This document shows positions 32,601 to 45,646 of a stretch of 64,000 nt of DNA, in pieces. Location of the stretch: positions 40,114,001 through 40,178,000 of the forward strand of contig CM060734.1 in assembly GCA_030704615.1 (NCBI GenBank), given 5' to 3'. Made by a program: the position numbers and the translations under genes. The notes beneath the pieces were generated by a model. That model saw only the letters and a list, made by a program, of their open reading frames with translations. It was not told the origin of the DNA and did not search any database. This stretch comes from Takakia lepidozioides (Eukaryota > Plantae > Bryophyta). Within the stretch, counting starts at the first letter, position 1. Every line of letters starts with the position of its first letter.

Positions 32601-33155
32601 GCTCTGGTGGGACCAAACGGTGCTGGAAAGAGTACACTGCTGAAGCTCATGACTGGTGACTTGGTGCCCTTGGATGGCATGGTTCGTCGCCACAATCACC
32701 TTCGCATTGCCCAATACCACCAGCATCTGACAGAGACCTTGAAACTGGACATGTCTGCACTGCTGTTTATGATGAGTGAGTATCCTGGCCTGGAGGAAGA
32801 GAAGATGCGATCTGCCATTGGCCGATTTGGACTGACGGGCAAGGCCCAGATAATGCCCATGGGAAATCTTTCTGATGGGCAAAAAAGTCGTGTTATTTTT
32901 GCTTGGTTGGCCTGGAGACTCCCACACATGCTATTGTTAGATGAGCCCACCAATCACTTGGACATTGAAACAATTGATGCCCTGGCCGATGCATTAAATG
33001 AGTGGGATGGAGGCATGGTTCTCGTCAGTCATGACTTCAGGCTCATCAATCAGGTTGCTAAGGAGATATGGGTGTGTGAGAACAGGTCAATCACGCGATG
33101 GGAAGGGGACATTATGGACTTCAAGCAGCACCTAAAGAAGAAGGCAGGGCTGTAG
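29682..33155 (+). CDS. ABCF1: ABC-F family translation factor ABCF1 (ARB1-like); exons 29682-29900, 30809-30882, 31046-31256, 31427-31661, 32104-33155; ~596 aa
   Basis: N-terminus [27 protein letters not shown]. Two ABC domains ([23 protein letters not shown] and [23 protein letters not shown]) and no TM segments. All introns are GT-AG and in frame. Confidence 0.96.
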
Positions 33156-35353
33156 GTAAAGTATTTTTCTGTGTCAGGGCTGTAGTGTAGAAGATTCTTT
33201 TCTCTAGTAGTAGACAGTATGATTTAGGTCGGCAGTGGGACACAATTATTTGACGATTAATTCAAAAGAAAGAGGAGAGAGAGGTGGCGGTCGAAGTTAC
33301 TCCCGCTAGGAAGGTCAGCCAGCAGTAAAATCTTCTTTGTAAAATTACTAGAGTTGTCTTCAGGTCCAAGTTGTTTTGTCTCTATGCTCAGTACTTTCGG
33401 CACAAAGTTGATGTATTATTGAGGAAGAGTGGGATGGGATACCTGGTCAAAGTGACCTACATAATTTTCCTTGATCATGCTCTGAAACAATGTGCACTGG
33501 TCAATTGTCGGGCTCTTTATTATGGCTACTAAAATTCCAGACTCGCTTGTCTGGTTGGTTTTGGTTATGGATAGTCCAGTCCTGGTTGCTCATGGTGTGT
33601 ACAATGGATTTTCAGCTGAGTGGGCTATGTGATAGTTGCAGTTATGTTTCAGTCTGGTGAAACTAGCTAGGAAATAGCTAGCTTTTACATATTGACATTT
33701 GGGATTGGCCCAAGTGTCAATCCAGGGGTCAAGGCAGATTTAGGCCCTGGAGTGGTTATCTTCACGGCAAGTGCGGAAGGCTCATCTTTCTCGAGTTGAG
33801 CCTCACCGCGCCTAGCTATGGCGCCGTAGTGTGGATTCCCCAATGCTGAAGCGATGCTTATACCACCATGAAGTTAATAAAGTTTTGGAGGAAGTTCATA
33901 AAAGAATCTCTATCACCCTCGTCTTGTGGGCTTTCTGGATTGATGATAGCCTAAGTATCCATGATTAATTTTTTGTTTTTTTGTGCCTTGCAAGGCAGCA
34001 AGTTATGGGACGTTCCTTTCATATGCTTCAAGAATTTAGTAAGCCACGCCACCCTCGTTGACATACATCCATCCACAGAGATGTACCCATTTTATGTTCT
34101 GACTGGGGTGCAGGCCTGGACTGTTGCAGAGGGTAGTTTAGGGGTGAAGATGGTCATATGGGATGAAGGTTACTCGAGCACTTACTCACAAGATGACTTG
34201 TCTAGAGTCCTTGATGCTGCGGGAGGAGCATTACACTAACTTGCAGCCTTGCGTTTTCACTGAAAAGTATCCTGGGTACACCTTGCCGCTTTATGCTAGC
34301 AAATGCTCAGCGATTGAGCCCAGAGGAGAACCCCGAACCAAAAACACGATGCACGACATCCCAGTTTCCTTATGTGCAATCGGCCATGAAGCCTGCAAAA
34401 TTTGCATCCCATGTGCTCACATGGTGGCAACTGCCAACCATGGAAATCCACATGAACATTTGTGCTTCTCTGTCCTCTGATTGCATATCGCAGTTCGCAA
34501 TTGTCGACCCTTTGGTAGGAGGCATCATAAACTTGGCAAGCCATGGTTGTCCAATCCTTCGCTCGTTTGCAATGATCAAACGTCACCTATGAACTCTGCA
34601 AATCCCCCCTTGCATTCTCCTCACTAAACTCACCCCACTGCCTTCACCCACAGTCAACATCTTTACCTCCTTGAGTGGCTAAGAGGGGCGTTCAACCCCC
34701 ACTCGCTTGCTAAAGTGCCAACAAAGGAGAGGTCCAATAAAGGAGAGGTCTCATGGTTCGATGTTAGTCTTGGGCACCCTTTCTCCGCAGTTGTCATACC
34801 AGAGCGAGATTTTCAAGCTGCTCCATCCCTCATCCAGTGCTATAATGAGTCCTTTGTCAGTTGCCTGGAGACGCGAGCGTGGAAAGCGTTGGCTCACAAA
34901 GCGGCTGCCGCAAAGAAGACTAAGGGGCAAACAGAAAGCATCCTTACCTCAGGTGGCGGACTCTCTCGGATGGAATGGGACGATGGATTTTTTTGCATTG
35001 GCCAGCGTGGGAATAACAAGTCATGTGAATAGGCGGCTCGACATGGTTTTGGTTGACATTCCGGATGGAGAAGTCCCCACTCGAATGCATGATGTCCCTT
35101 CATGGAGTATCCCTGGCCGTGGGCGTCGTAAACCCTTTTTTTTTTGTAGTAGTGAAGATGTGGACTCTTAAGCACTCCTTTGGTCTCTGGGAGACTATTC
35201 TTGACAATAATGGGTGCATAGTTGTCATTGCTCCAAAAAGCGAGGCAACGGAGACCATGGTGGCCACCTCGACTGCGGAGACACGCGCCACACCAGTGCT
35301 GATGTCCAACACAGTTGGTTTTATTTGTGAGGGGAAAAGGGTAAGGTTCAGTC

Positions 35354-35507
35354 CAGTGTTGGGACGGTTCTTGCATTTGTGAAAGAACCTTCGGTTCCGG
35401 TTCCACAATTATTTCAAGAGACGGTTCCGGATCCAACTTTTAACATGGGGGCGGTTTCGGTTACCGGTTAGTTGTTGATAAAAACTACCGGTTCTTGGTT
35501 AGGTTCC

Positions 35508-35543
<36 letters not shown>

Positions 35544-36090
35544 AATTATATTTAAAATATTTTATCAGCCCGGGAGATTAAATAGCAATGTATTCACATA
35601 TTTGAATTAAAATCCAACGATTTTATTAGTTTTCACTTAAAAAAAACAAACAAAAATACTCTAACTAAACTGGTAGAAGAAAATGGGTAAGATTTTATGG
35701 GTTGAAATTACTATTCAGCTACTGGCAAATATTGGCATCTTCTAACATTCTCATTGATTAATGAACTTAGCCAAGATATCATGGAGCTGGAGATTGAACC
35801 CAAGATCTCATGGCGTTGAAGCATTGAACATAGAATGTCATGGCCTTCAAGCATTGAACCAGATCTCATGGAGCTTGCGAGCATTGAAGAAGTTTTGCCA
35901 TGGCCCACTAGCTCTCCAGGTTATGCCAAGAGCCCACCAAAGGTTCAAAAACCTGAACCTGCCTGGGTTCTCACACCCAGCTGCGGTAAGGTTATGCACA
36001 GATCCCCATTGGTTCCAGTTCCGGGTCAGGTTCTGCGAGAATGGGCCCGGTTCCGGTTAACCTGAACCGGCGGGTAACCGTCCAACACTG
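35354..36090. mobile_element. hAT-family non-autonomous element (MITE)
   Basis: TIR CAGTGTTGG(G)ACGGTT ... AACCGTCCAACACTG with a perfect 8-bp TSD GTTCAGTC (35346-35353 and 36091-36098). Subterminal CCGGTT/AACCGG repeats. Confidence 0.92.
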
Positions 36091-36913
36091 GTTCAGTCCC
36101 TCTGCTCTCATTTCTCATTTGCTGTTCTCCATTCATGTTGGCCCTAACTTTTCACACAACTGGGCATTTTATTCTACCTTATTGCACAGAAGTTTGACAC
36201 AGTAGTGACTGAAAAACACGTAAAAATTTTCAATGTCAAAGGCACCTACCTGTCACGAAATGTTCCGATGGGAAGGCTATTTGCTTTCAAGCACTTTCCC
36301 TACCAGAGTGACTTTGCTCCATAGGAGATATCAGGTTGCAAAGATTTGTTTATGAGGAGGCAGCTTTGTATGCATTTGAGAGGGAAATTTTGGATTGCCC
36401 ATTTTCCCGGGCAGCGCAATAGTTGGTCCTTGATCCATATCCCAGGGATAGGGCGAACGGGCCTATGACCGATCGCCCCATAACGTCAGGGCCTCTGATC
36501 TGCCCCAATTTTGCCAGTTGGCAAACATTGATTTGATAAGACCCCCCAAAGAGTGTGATTGAGGGCTCAAGGTTCACACAAGTATTCTGATTGGTTCAAC
36601 TTTGAAACCCAACAACTGTATGCAAACTTCATGAAATCAAGTACTTTCAAGTGGGGGATGCCCCGGATTTGGGGCATCTTATCAATTCCACCCGGGCTAA
36701 AAATGACAAGAATTCACCGGTAGATTTTTCACCATTGTTAGATGAACGGTCATAGGCCTGTCTACCCAGGTGAAGTTTGTGCAAAATAGTTTTGGTGAAC
36801 ATGTTTCAAACCAAAGGAATTGCTTCCGGGACCACTTCTTGGATAGATCCATGTCAATGGCGTGGTGTGTCATAGGGGTCACATGACACCATAAAATTGC
36901 TCTACAAGGAAGC

Positions 36914-39900
36914 TTAGCACTGATTTTCCAATCCTCGGGAAGCAATCTGCAAAATATTAGTCCGTTTACTCGTGACGGAATGTACAGCTGCCCCACTCTT
37001 GTTGTCTATGGAAGGAAAGCTGGCCAGATCTTGCAAAGCATTGGTGCAGCGCTCCTGCAGTACAGACTCTTCCTGCTCAGTAGTCACGCGTAATTGCTGG
37101 AGCAGCTCCCCCATTTCCTGATGTTTGTTTTCCTTTCGGTGGAGAGCTTTAGGCTGCACCTGACATTGTGGCAGCGGAGACATTAATGACTACTGTTCAT
37201 TTAAAGACAGGCATGGACCTACAGTACTTCTTTCAACTAGCTCATAACAGCATCCATCTTGATCTCAAAAACTAATGTTACACTCAGCATCTTGCTCTTT
37301 GAGCTGCTCATGCAGGCTTGGAATCATTGTATAAATCAACCACACAGAAAGTGTTTCTGGGAGTCTGTGTTTCTGGGAGTCTGCAGTTATCATTTTACAG
37401 AGAAAAATGGTAATAAAAAATGGAACATTATATCTTGAAAAAATTCAAAGGCGATCTATTAACTATCCAATACATCGATGTTGTCTCAAGCACGACCTGG
37501 GGTGGTGGTGGTGGATTGGCTACCTCTCTCACTGGATTCCCCTTCAAGAATGCCATCTGGCGGTCTGGCACAGATCTGCCTTGTGATGGGCTGCCATTGT
37601 GGCCATGCTTTGACTCCCGTGGCTTTGGTGGAGTGTATTTTGTTGGTAGGCAAGAACTTGTTGAACCAGAACTTGGAGACTGCAAACAAGTCCCCAACAT
37701 ACAGACACATAGCGACAATAAAGAACCTTGTGGAAACATCCTCTCATGCCCATTACCTGACAAATGGTACGAGAAGTGAACAAACCCATCCCCTCCTAAA
37801 CCAGTGAGAAGAAATCAAACATCAAGGTTGTTATCTTCATCTTTCTATTGATAAGATAATGAACAGATTCTTGGTTTAGGCCTCTCCATCTCAATATCCA
37901 AGACTCTGATGCAGTGGACTGGTATTCCTCTTCGCGACCTCCCTTTACCCAAGCATAAAAGCTTGTTTCCACACATTTTCATTAATTTTGAGGATCTCAA
38001 GCAACGGCTGAAAGCTGTGACCTCCTTAGATCTTCATATAGACCTAATATTGAACATTACAGCTGTACTGGCCTTGTCAACCAGAAAGATCAATGATGGG
38101 AGTGGCTCCCATTGATCTATAGCACAAGGCTGCTGCAAGCAAAATTCTTTTAAATCCGAAAGAAAATGACTGTGTTTACCTGTGTCTTTAGAAGGGGCTT
38201 ATGAGTCTTGCTGACACAGTAAACATGGCACCGGGCCTCAAAGGCAGCTCTCTCACTGTGCTCCAGGCGCTCTGCGATTGCATACTTCTCTGCCCTGGCC
38301 TGTAACAATCACAAACATTTCTTTACGAACTTACAAGAAAAGTCCAATCTGCTCACATAGAGCTACAGTCCAGTCAAAATGTTTTGAGGGACCTAGCCTT
38401 TGCATGGATGTCAAATATGTTAGACTAAGACAGGGTGATGAGGGAGAGGATGCAAGAAAAATGGTCAGTTATGGTGTCAGGGCAGGAGGGACGCCAATGT
38501 CAACCACAACAACTTTTAACAGAAACATGGCCTCAAAATGGTGGAAAATTACAAACCTGCTTGAGGTCACCCATCAGAGATTGAATACGGGCCCTTAACG
38601 TGGTCAACTCAGCTTGGAGAGGGGCCATGGATGTCTGCACCATTTGCAGCTCCTTCTCTTGTTCGCTGCAGAGTTTGCGCAGTTCTGACATCTCCTTGAA
38701 AACAGCTGGAAAAGCAACCTTTAGAGCCTTCAGTTCTTCACTCTGATGGGCGCACAGTTGCTTGAGTAGCATCCCCGCACTCATCACACCTTCAAACTGG
38801 TCCAATCAACAATTCAACAGCCTCAACAACGGCATCTGTGTGTGTGCAGTTCAGGGTTGTCCTTCTTTGACCTTTGGGCAACCTAAGGAGGATGCTAAGG
38901 TTCATTCTTACTTTCCCACATGTGTGTGTGTGTGAGTGTGTACAGACATTTAGCTATGCTATCGCTTACTTTGTGGCTATCCCATAAGCTCTTTGACCTT
39001 TCCATGGACGTTATAAAGCTTGCTCCTTTCGTTTTCTTTTTCTCTTTCTCTCTCTATGGCCACAGCCCGTTGTGTGGGCAACCTCAAGACAATATTCATT
39101 TTCTGATTCATTGTCCGGGGTTCTCTCACCAGAGAGACGCTCTCCTCAAATCTATCAAGGGAATCGTGCCTGTACCTCTGTTTACCAACTTTGAAAGTCT
39201 CGAGGCTGAGCCAGAAGCCCAGGCCCTTTTGGGGCCTAATTATTGGGCAAACCACACACAGCAGATTGATGCTTGTGTGAAGGGATTTCTAGAGGATATC
39301 TGCAAAACCCGGATAAATTGTTTATTCCAAGGTAAGTCTAACTACTGGCGTCAGCCCCTGACAAAGGTAGGTTCTGTCCCTTTGTTTCCGCTCAAACTGG
39401 GCACAGGGTCAATGGTCACAAGGCTACGGCAGACAAGGTCTTATGAGTACATTCTCTCTATGGCCACATGGCTAAAGCAAGCAAAGCCTTGTGGGTACAT
39501 CTTTCTCAGGTTTTCAACTCAAGGTCAGCCCAAATACTTCTTGAAGTCTCATAATTTGGGCTTGTACCAGACACATGCATACCTCATGTTCTTTATTATT
39601 GAAGTCATGCTGTAGTTGCTGCAGTTCCTGGGCATATTGTCGGTTTTGTTGCATCATATCCTTCTCACTTCGGAGGACCTGTGAGAGACGGCGGGCTCGC
39701 CGTCCTGCCACTGACAGATCAATACCTGGGCTTGCACCTGCTGCTGTGTTCCTCCGGGATAATTTGGCCCATCTGGCAACAGGGCTCCCAGCTACCTTCT
39801 TCAAAATTTCCTTCTGCAACACTGAAAGATTCATTGCTCTACTATCACTGATTTTTTCGTGAGAGGGTTCGGGGAGGTGTTTTGTCCTTCTTGCAGGGAT

Positions 39901-41061
39901 ACCATCTTGGACAGCTACAAGCTCTTTCATCTGCTCAGGTTGACCACCCAAGCTTTCAGGCAGGCTTGCCACCTTCTTTGGTAAATGAAATAATTTCTCA
40001 GGTGTACCACCCATGTTTTCAGGAAGGGCAGGTGACTTTCTCAGTGCAGTCTCCAGCTTTGGCGATGGCAATACTTGGCCAGTCGACTTTTCCGGCAACT
40101 TCTTAACTTTCCCTCTGCTTGAATCCTCTGCTTGAAATGATTTAGCTGATGGCTTCGTGGATGCAGACCATGGCTTCTGAGAGGTCCCCTTCCTTACACC
40201 CATGACAGAACTTTTCAGCACAGCTATAGATTCTGTCACTGTGGCAGAATCATGCTTATTACCCTTTCCTTCCTGCAATATAATGGGCATGGACTTGCTG
40301 GGCAATTTGCTAGCAGATGTTCCAGTATTCAGTGAACTCATCTGCTGTGTCTGTGTCATAACCAGTGCAACATTGACATCCTCTGAGTCTGTGGAATCCT
40401 GCAAGGAGTGCATCTTTAATTCAGCAATAGTATCCGTCAATGCTGTTCGATCCTTGGAGCATGCCACCAGTTTCATCTGGTGGGGAAGTCCACTTGGTGA
40501 CTGCAAAAATCCATTAATAGATCCAGAGACACAAGATGGCGAATACTTCACCTCTACATGAGTGGTCTCACTGCCATCCTTATCATGCTTACCCGTTGCC
40601 AAGTCTAGCCCGTAGCTCGGAATCTTCCCCGTCCATCCATTCTCCATGGAGGAGAAGCACTTGAGTGCCTGTGACTGTCCACTGCTTTGCTGGAGAGCTG
40701 ATCTATTAGGGGGCAGACCCTTTCGCTTCCCTGCGAGAAACTCCTTGCACACATCTTTTCTCACCTTCTCAACTACTCTAGATCCTGTCTTTCTGTGTAG
40801 TCCATTGGGTACATTCAAAAGATGAGTAGGCAGCTCCGAGAGACCACCGGGGGAAGCTCTTTGGTTGTGCTGAGCGGTCTTCTTGCAAATATCCGCTCCT
40901 ACCCTGTCTTTGGGTTTGCCGGTTCCAGGCGGAGTAGAAAGCCCTGGCTGTGTAGAGGGTGTACAGGTGGCAGAGGTCCGTGCAATTCCAAATGTTGAGC
41001 ACTTGGGCTGTCCAGAGATGGCAAGAGAACCCGTTCCTGAGCTTCTATTGTTTCCCTCCAT
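36914..41061 (-). CDS. Uncharacterised multi-exon protein: long Ser/Lys/Pro-rich region followed by coiled coil
   Basis: A 515-aa ORF (39514-41061) runs into a coiled coil and a GT donor near 39581. Further heptad-rich exons are at ~38548-38805, ~38180-38298 and ~36914-37160. Some downstream exons appear disrupted. No family was recognised. Confidence 0.55.
37420..38120 (-). mobile_element. Possible degenerate L1-type LINE ORF1 remnant in an intron
   Basis: Broken frames give RGIP..IRVLDIEMERPKPRIC followed by an ICQVMGH..FP knuckle-like remnant. Confidence 0.3.
39065..39452 (+). mobile_element. 5'-truncated non-LTR retrotransposon (RTE-like 3' end) with a 16-bp TSD
   Basis: PLCGQPQDNIHFLIHCPGFSHQR is a C-terminal CCHC motif. 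The TSD TCTCTCTATGGCCACA is at 39049-39064 and 39453-39468. The element ends GTCTTATGAGTACAT with no poly(A). Confidence 0.85.
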
Positions 41062-41899
41062 CGCAGATACTGCAAAACTAACATAAAATCAAAAGAGCAT
41101 CAGCTAAACCTGTCTTCCACCCTGGAACTAGAAGCGTAGGCTAGCAACTGAAATAACAGGACAGGATGGCGTTCACCGACCGACTTGCTTTTGGTCAGTG
41201 GATGCAAGAATGCGCATAAGGAGCTAGCATCAAACGCGCTGCCCCCACCATAGGAGCAGCCCCTCCTGTGTCCCGACCGTTGTCCCCTATCATGGGGCAG
41301 CCCTTTTGTGTCCCGACCCTCCTGCTTTCAAGGCAAAGGGCCGCAACAAGCCATGCACAGACGTTCAAAACACAAAAAATCCCTCACAAGTATGGAGAGA
41401 CAGTCATGAGGACGTTAGGCTCTAATACCAAAAGAAGGGGCTCCACTAGACACTCATCATCAGAGCTACATGACATCCCCACACTCGCTGCAGCGGAAGA
41501 GAAAAGGAGAGTAGGTTTAGTCGTTTAGGCCAAATGTCACAGGGAGGTCGTCAAATCGCAGATGATTCCATATGCCCTACATTGTCATGTTCAGAGTTTC
41601 CAAACATCAATACATGGCAAATGAGATTCTGCACAGGGTGTGTTCAAATACTAGAATTTGCATGACCAAATTTCACCCAGTGTGCTTGACTTCAAGCCAT
41701 GAATAGCGAACCTGGAACCATTCAGGCATCCATCCACAAGAATTGGTAAGAAGGGTTCTCTCGGGCATTTCTTCTCACACTACCTCTATCTTCCGCGCAT
41801 CAGTTGGAGGAAAACTCAACACCAAGATATGTGTAGGAAGGGAGTACAGGGATCTCTTCATCACCCCATTTCCATTGGAAATCCTCCTCCCTCCCCACA

Positions 41900-42300
41900 C
41901 CCCAACCGGGTCAGGGCTTTAGGCTCAGCCTCCAGATTTTGAAAGTTGGTGAGCAGAGGTGCAGGGACCATGTTCTTGATGTCCTGAAGAGACATCAAGA
42001 CAGAGATTCTCTGGTGAGAATATCAGGGACAATAATGTATCAGAAAATGGATATTCAATGTCTTCAGGCTGCCCGCACCACTGCTACAATCTCCTTTTCC
42101 TCTCTGCATCTGTTTATTCTTCAAAGGTAGGCTTCCCGCCCTGAGTTTAAATCTCAGTCTAGTGCCGAGGGTTGGTAGGCCCTTGATCCATGTCACAGAC
42201 GGTAGAAACAAGTTCAGGGAAGTTTCATTTTCATCAGACAGTCTTTAAGGGAGAGAATGTACTCATAAGACGTTGTTTGCCGTAGCCTTGTGACGATTGA
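41900..42300 (-). mobile_element. Two more fragments of the same non-LTR family
   Basis: 41900-42230 encodes GTRLRFKLRAGSLPL..NIHFLIHYCP..SHQR..VPAPLLTNFQNLEAEP, homologous to 39070-39230. 42250-42300 is the reverse complement of the 3' tip at 39408-39457. Confidence 0.8.
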
Positions 42301-42684
42301 CTGAGATGAGATGCGATGAGAGAGAGAGAGAGAGAGGTCAAATTTACGGACTCAGGCAAAGTAGAGCTGAAGAATATGTATATGTATGTATGTTAGTGGC
42401 ATATGTATGCAGGCCAAGCAATAAAGCCTCAGCACTCGGTTATTACGGATAAGGTAAAGCCTCAGCACCGTGCCATTGCGTGGTTTGGGCACAGGTGGAG
42501 ATGTTCGAACACAGAATCGGGTTGTTGCAAGTTATCGTTAACACGAACTGCCGGTCAGGTGTACAAACCACCGTACGATCGGAAATCTGGCATGGAGCGG
42601 CGGCTAATTAGAGCAGTCAATTAGCTTAACGGGCCGTCTGGGGCTACATGCCGTTGCCGTCTATAACTTGCCCGACGCCGCCTG

Positions 42685-43436
42685 CCTGCGCAGCTCCTAT
42701 AAAGCGGAAGCTGTGGTGTGTATATGTGTATGTGAGGCGATTCTCGATCTGTGAGAGAGAGGCGCGTAAGACTGTGACGTTGAGTTGGCGATGCAAGGGA
42801 AGCTGATGGATCCGAGCTGTGCAGAGCGGGAAGCCGAGGAGCGCTGGAAGTATGTGATGGAAAAGGTATACCGTGAAGATGATCGGGGTAGTCGTGAATG
42901 TCGGTGGACAACTCTTCGAGACATCACGGCAGACTTTGAGTAACGATGAGCATTCCATGCTGACTGCCCTCGTCCGGCGCAATTGATGGAGTAAGAAAGG
43001 CCTTTGGATTGATCGTGATGGACAGAGATTCAGGCACGTCCTCAATTATCTTCGCAATGGAACGATTTGGCTCAGTGATAGCAATTTGCTACGGGAAGTA
43101 AAAGAAGAGGCGGAATTCTTTTGTCTGTCTGGTCTGCAGGAGTTGTGTGAGGAGAAGATCCTGGAAGAGTTAGAAGCAAAGGAAACTGGGGAAACTGCAA
43201 TCTCTAAGACCATTGAATCTAATGCTGATCAGTTACAAGTGACTCTTGAGAAAATCCGGAAACTGGTGGCGATAAATTCATCTAATTCTGAGTTACGAAC
43301 TATGCAAAAAGCTAAAGAGTTAAAAGAGGAAATTCGCCGCAAACTCCTTTACAAAACTCATGAGGTAGGAGAGACTCTTCAGCAAATTTCCTCGACACTC
43401 GATTCCGTTAAGGACGCGGTCTCACAAAAGGATTGA
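42685..43436 (+). pseudogene. BTB/POZ (KCTD/T1-type) plus coiled-coil gene copy with frameshifts and a stop (pseudogene or sequence error)
   Basis: VVNVGGQLFETSRQTL..SMLTALVR..WIDRDGQRFRHVLNYLRNG..EEAEFFCL is closely similar to 45647-46330 but has indels before 43000. Confidence 0.8.
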
Positions 43437-45646
43437 CTGGGAAACCGTAGATCTGCACTAAGCTTCTGAATTACCTTGAGGCTTGAACTCGTGATTTGCA
43501 ATATTTTGAGTTTTGAGAAAGGATTCTTTGTTTCGTAAGTACCGATGTCTACAAGTTTCAACCAACGGCCGAGGAATAGAGTTTTGGTGTCCATAAGCAG
43601 TGACCTAAGTATTTATTAGACACGCACATGGAACTTGGTGAGTTTCTGTGTCAACCTCAGCTTTATTGTTCTCTCTGTCTAGGCGGAATCCTGATCTGTG
43701 GATAGGAAAGTACAACTCTTATCATTCTGGTGTTTAATATTCTTGGCTTGGCCCTTTTCCGGGTTTATGTTCACGAGGTGTAAGTTGGCTTTACAGGTGG
43801 TGATATCTAATCTTATGTCGTTCAAATTACAGCAAACGAATAGCTTTCGGTATCCACGGTCGTGTGTGGACTTTGTTATTAGCCCACCGCGTTTTGCATA
43901 TTTCTTCTGCATTGGAAACAGTCTGACCACTCTTGTCACTCTGTCGGGTGTTGGATGCGCCCGCGTTGATGCCTGTCATGGTTCAAGCAACAGCTCTCTC
44001 CTCTCGGCCTCCATGCAGTGAGCAGCTTTGTACAGTGCGGGGAACATTAACGCCTTAGCATATGGTCTATGTGTGTAGTGTATAACGTACAAATGAGGAA
44101 GTGCAACGGAGTTGCTAAGCCGTCACTTTGTTTAACGGCACGTCTGGAGCTACCGTTGACGTAAGACCATTTTGCATGGCTCTCACTGACTCACAGTTCA
44201 CCAGGAGTGTCAACATCCACATCCAAGTCCACATCAGATCAGTCTATAAGTGGGTGAATAGAGGCGATCTACACGGACAAGGAAACCATCTTGAAATTGA
44301 AGGGGTCTTCTACAAATGATGAAATCCTGTACAGCTTTATTTACAGGAAACGTGATCTACTAATGCATTTGCATTTCTTGCACAGTGTGACAAACTGCGT
44401 CACACTGATAGCTGTATGCTTGACTTACAAGCCTCAGAACCTCAGCATGCACAGCACTCTGAAATCTATTTAACACAGAACACAGAGTTGAACATCACTG
44501 TTCTTTTCCAAGCTGTGGGTTAATTGGTTGTCAGCTTAGAAGAAAGTAGCACTGCTCATCCCTAACTGAAGTCTCTAGAAAACTGCAAAGTCTAGGGAGA
44601 TGGCATTGCATTTGCTCCCAAAGTCGTGGTTACAAATGTATTCAGGTGCTTGCCTTGACCACGGGAGCCCTACGACTTGCTCAACCTCTGCAACAGTCAG
44701 GATTTTCATCAGAAGTAACCGAAGAAGCACAATATGAGTGCACACCGCCAGGGATGTTGTGCCGGTGATTTTCTCTCGGAGCTCGATATGAAACTAGCAT
44801 CTTCCACCTAAATGTTGGTAGCAAACATTTGCCTTGCCCTCCGCAGACGTCTTGATAACAAAACTTCACTTTCTGGGACTTCGAACTCATGATTTAAGCT
44901 AACGGTAGCATACCTCACCACCTGGCCGCAGAACAGCGTAAAGAGCACTGTAGACAATTGCATGGGTGCCAGAAAACAACTGCAGTCCGACACATTTGAC
45001 ATTGTATTTCAACTGGAAAGAACATTCTGATTGTAAGGGAAAGTACCAGCCGGATCGAGAAAATCTTGAAACCGTTGCAGGAAAGTGTTCACTTTGGATA
45101 TGTAACAAACAAATTATTGGATTGTTTTGTATTTATGTTCCTCTGGATCTGGTCAGAGGATAACCATAGCAAATTCAAGGTAATTCAGAAGCTTCTTGTG
45201 CAATTTTCCAGATTCCCACGAGTTCAGTCATGCATTCACGCAAATCTACAAGAGGCCCTTCATATCATTCCTCCACGGTGGACCTGCTATTCTGCCAAAA
45301 AAGGAACATATTATCTGAGCTTCAATGGATCGCAAACATTGCACTTGCACACCAGTGGTCGTTGACACACAGTAGTTGGAATCCGACCTGTACCTGTCAA
45401 GTACCTTTGTTTCCCAAGCTCAGCATTTCCCGCGATGATTTTAAAGTACAGAGGAGATCACAGTTGAATGGATTTCAAAACCAAACCAGAACTTCTCGTA
45501 GAACCATGTGAATTCGCAAAAGGGCCAAAAATTCACCCCCTTCCAAATCTATCTGGAAGGCATGCTCATTCCAGCGTGCAATTAATCGTCTGCCTCTTGT
45601 GGTAGGAAGAAGTAGTGGGTTCTTAGGCCTGAGTGCTTCAATATTC

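Noticed and set aside
44680-45420. YAVLRPGGEV motif suggesting a SAM methyltransferase fragment
   Set aside because: It is a single short motif in broken frames with no motif I or exon structure.
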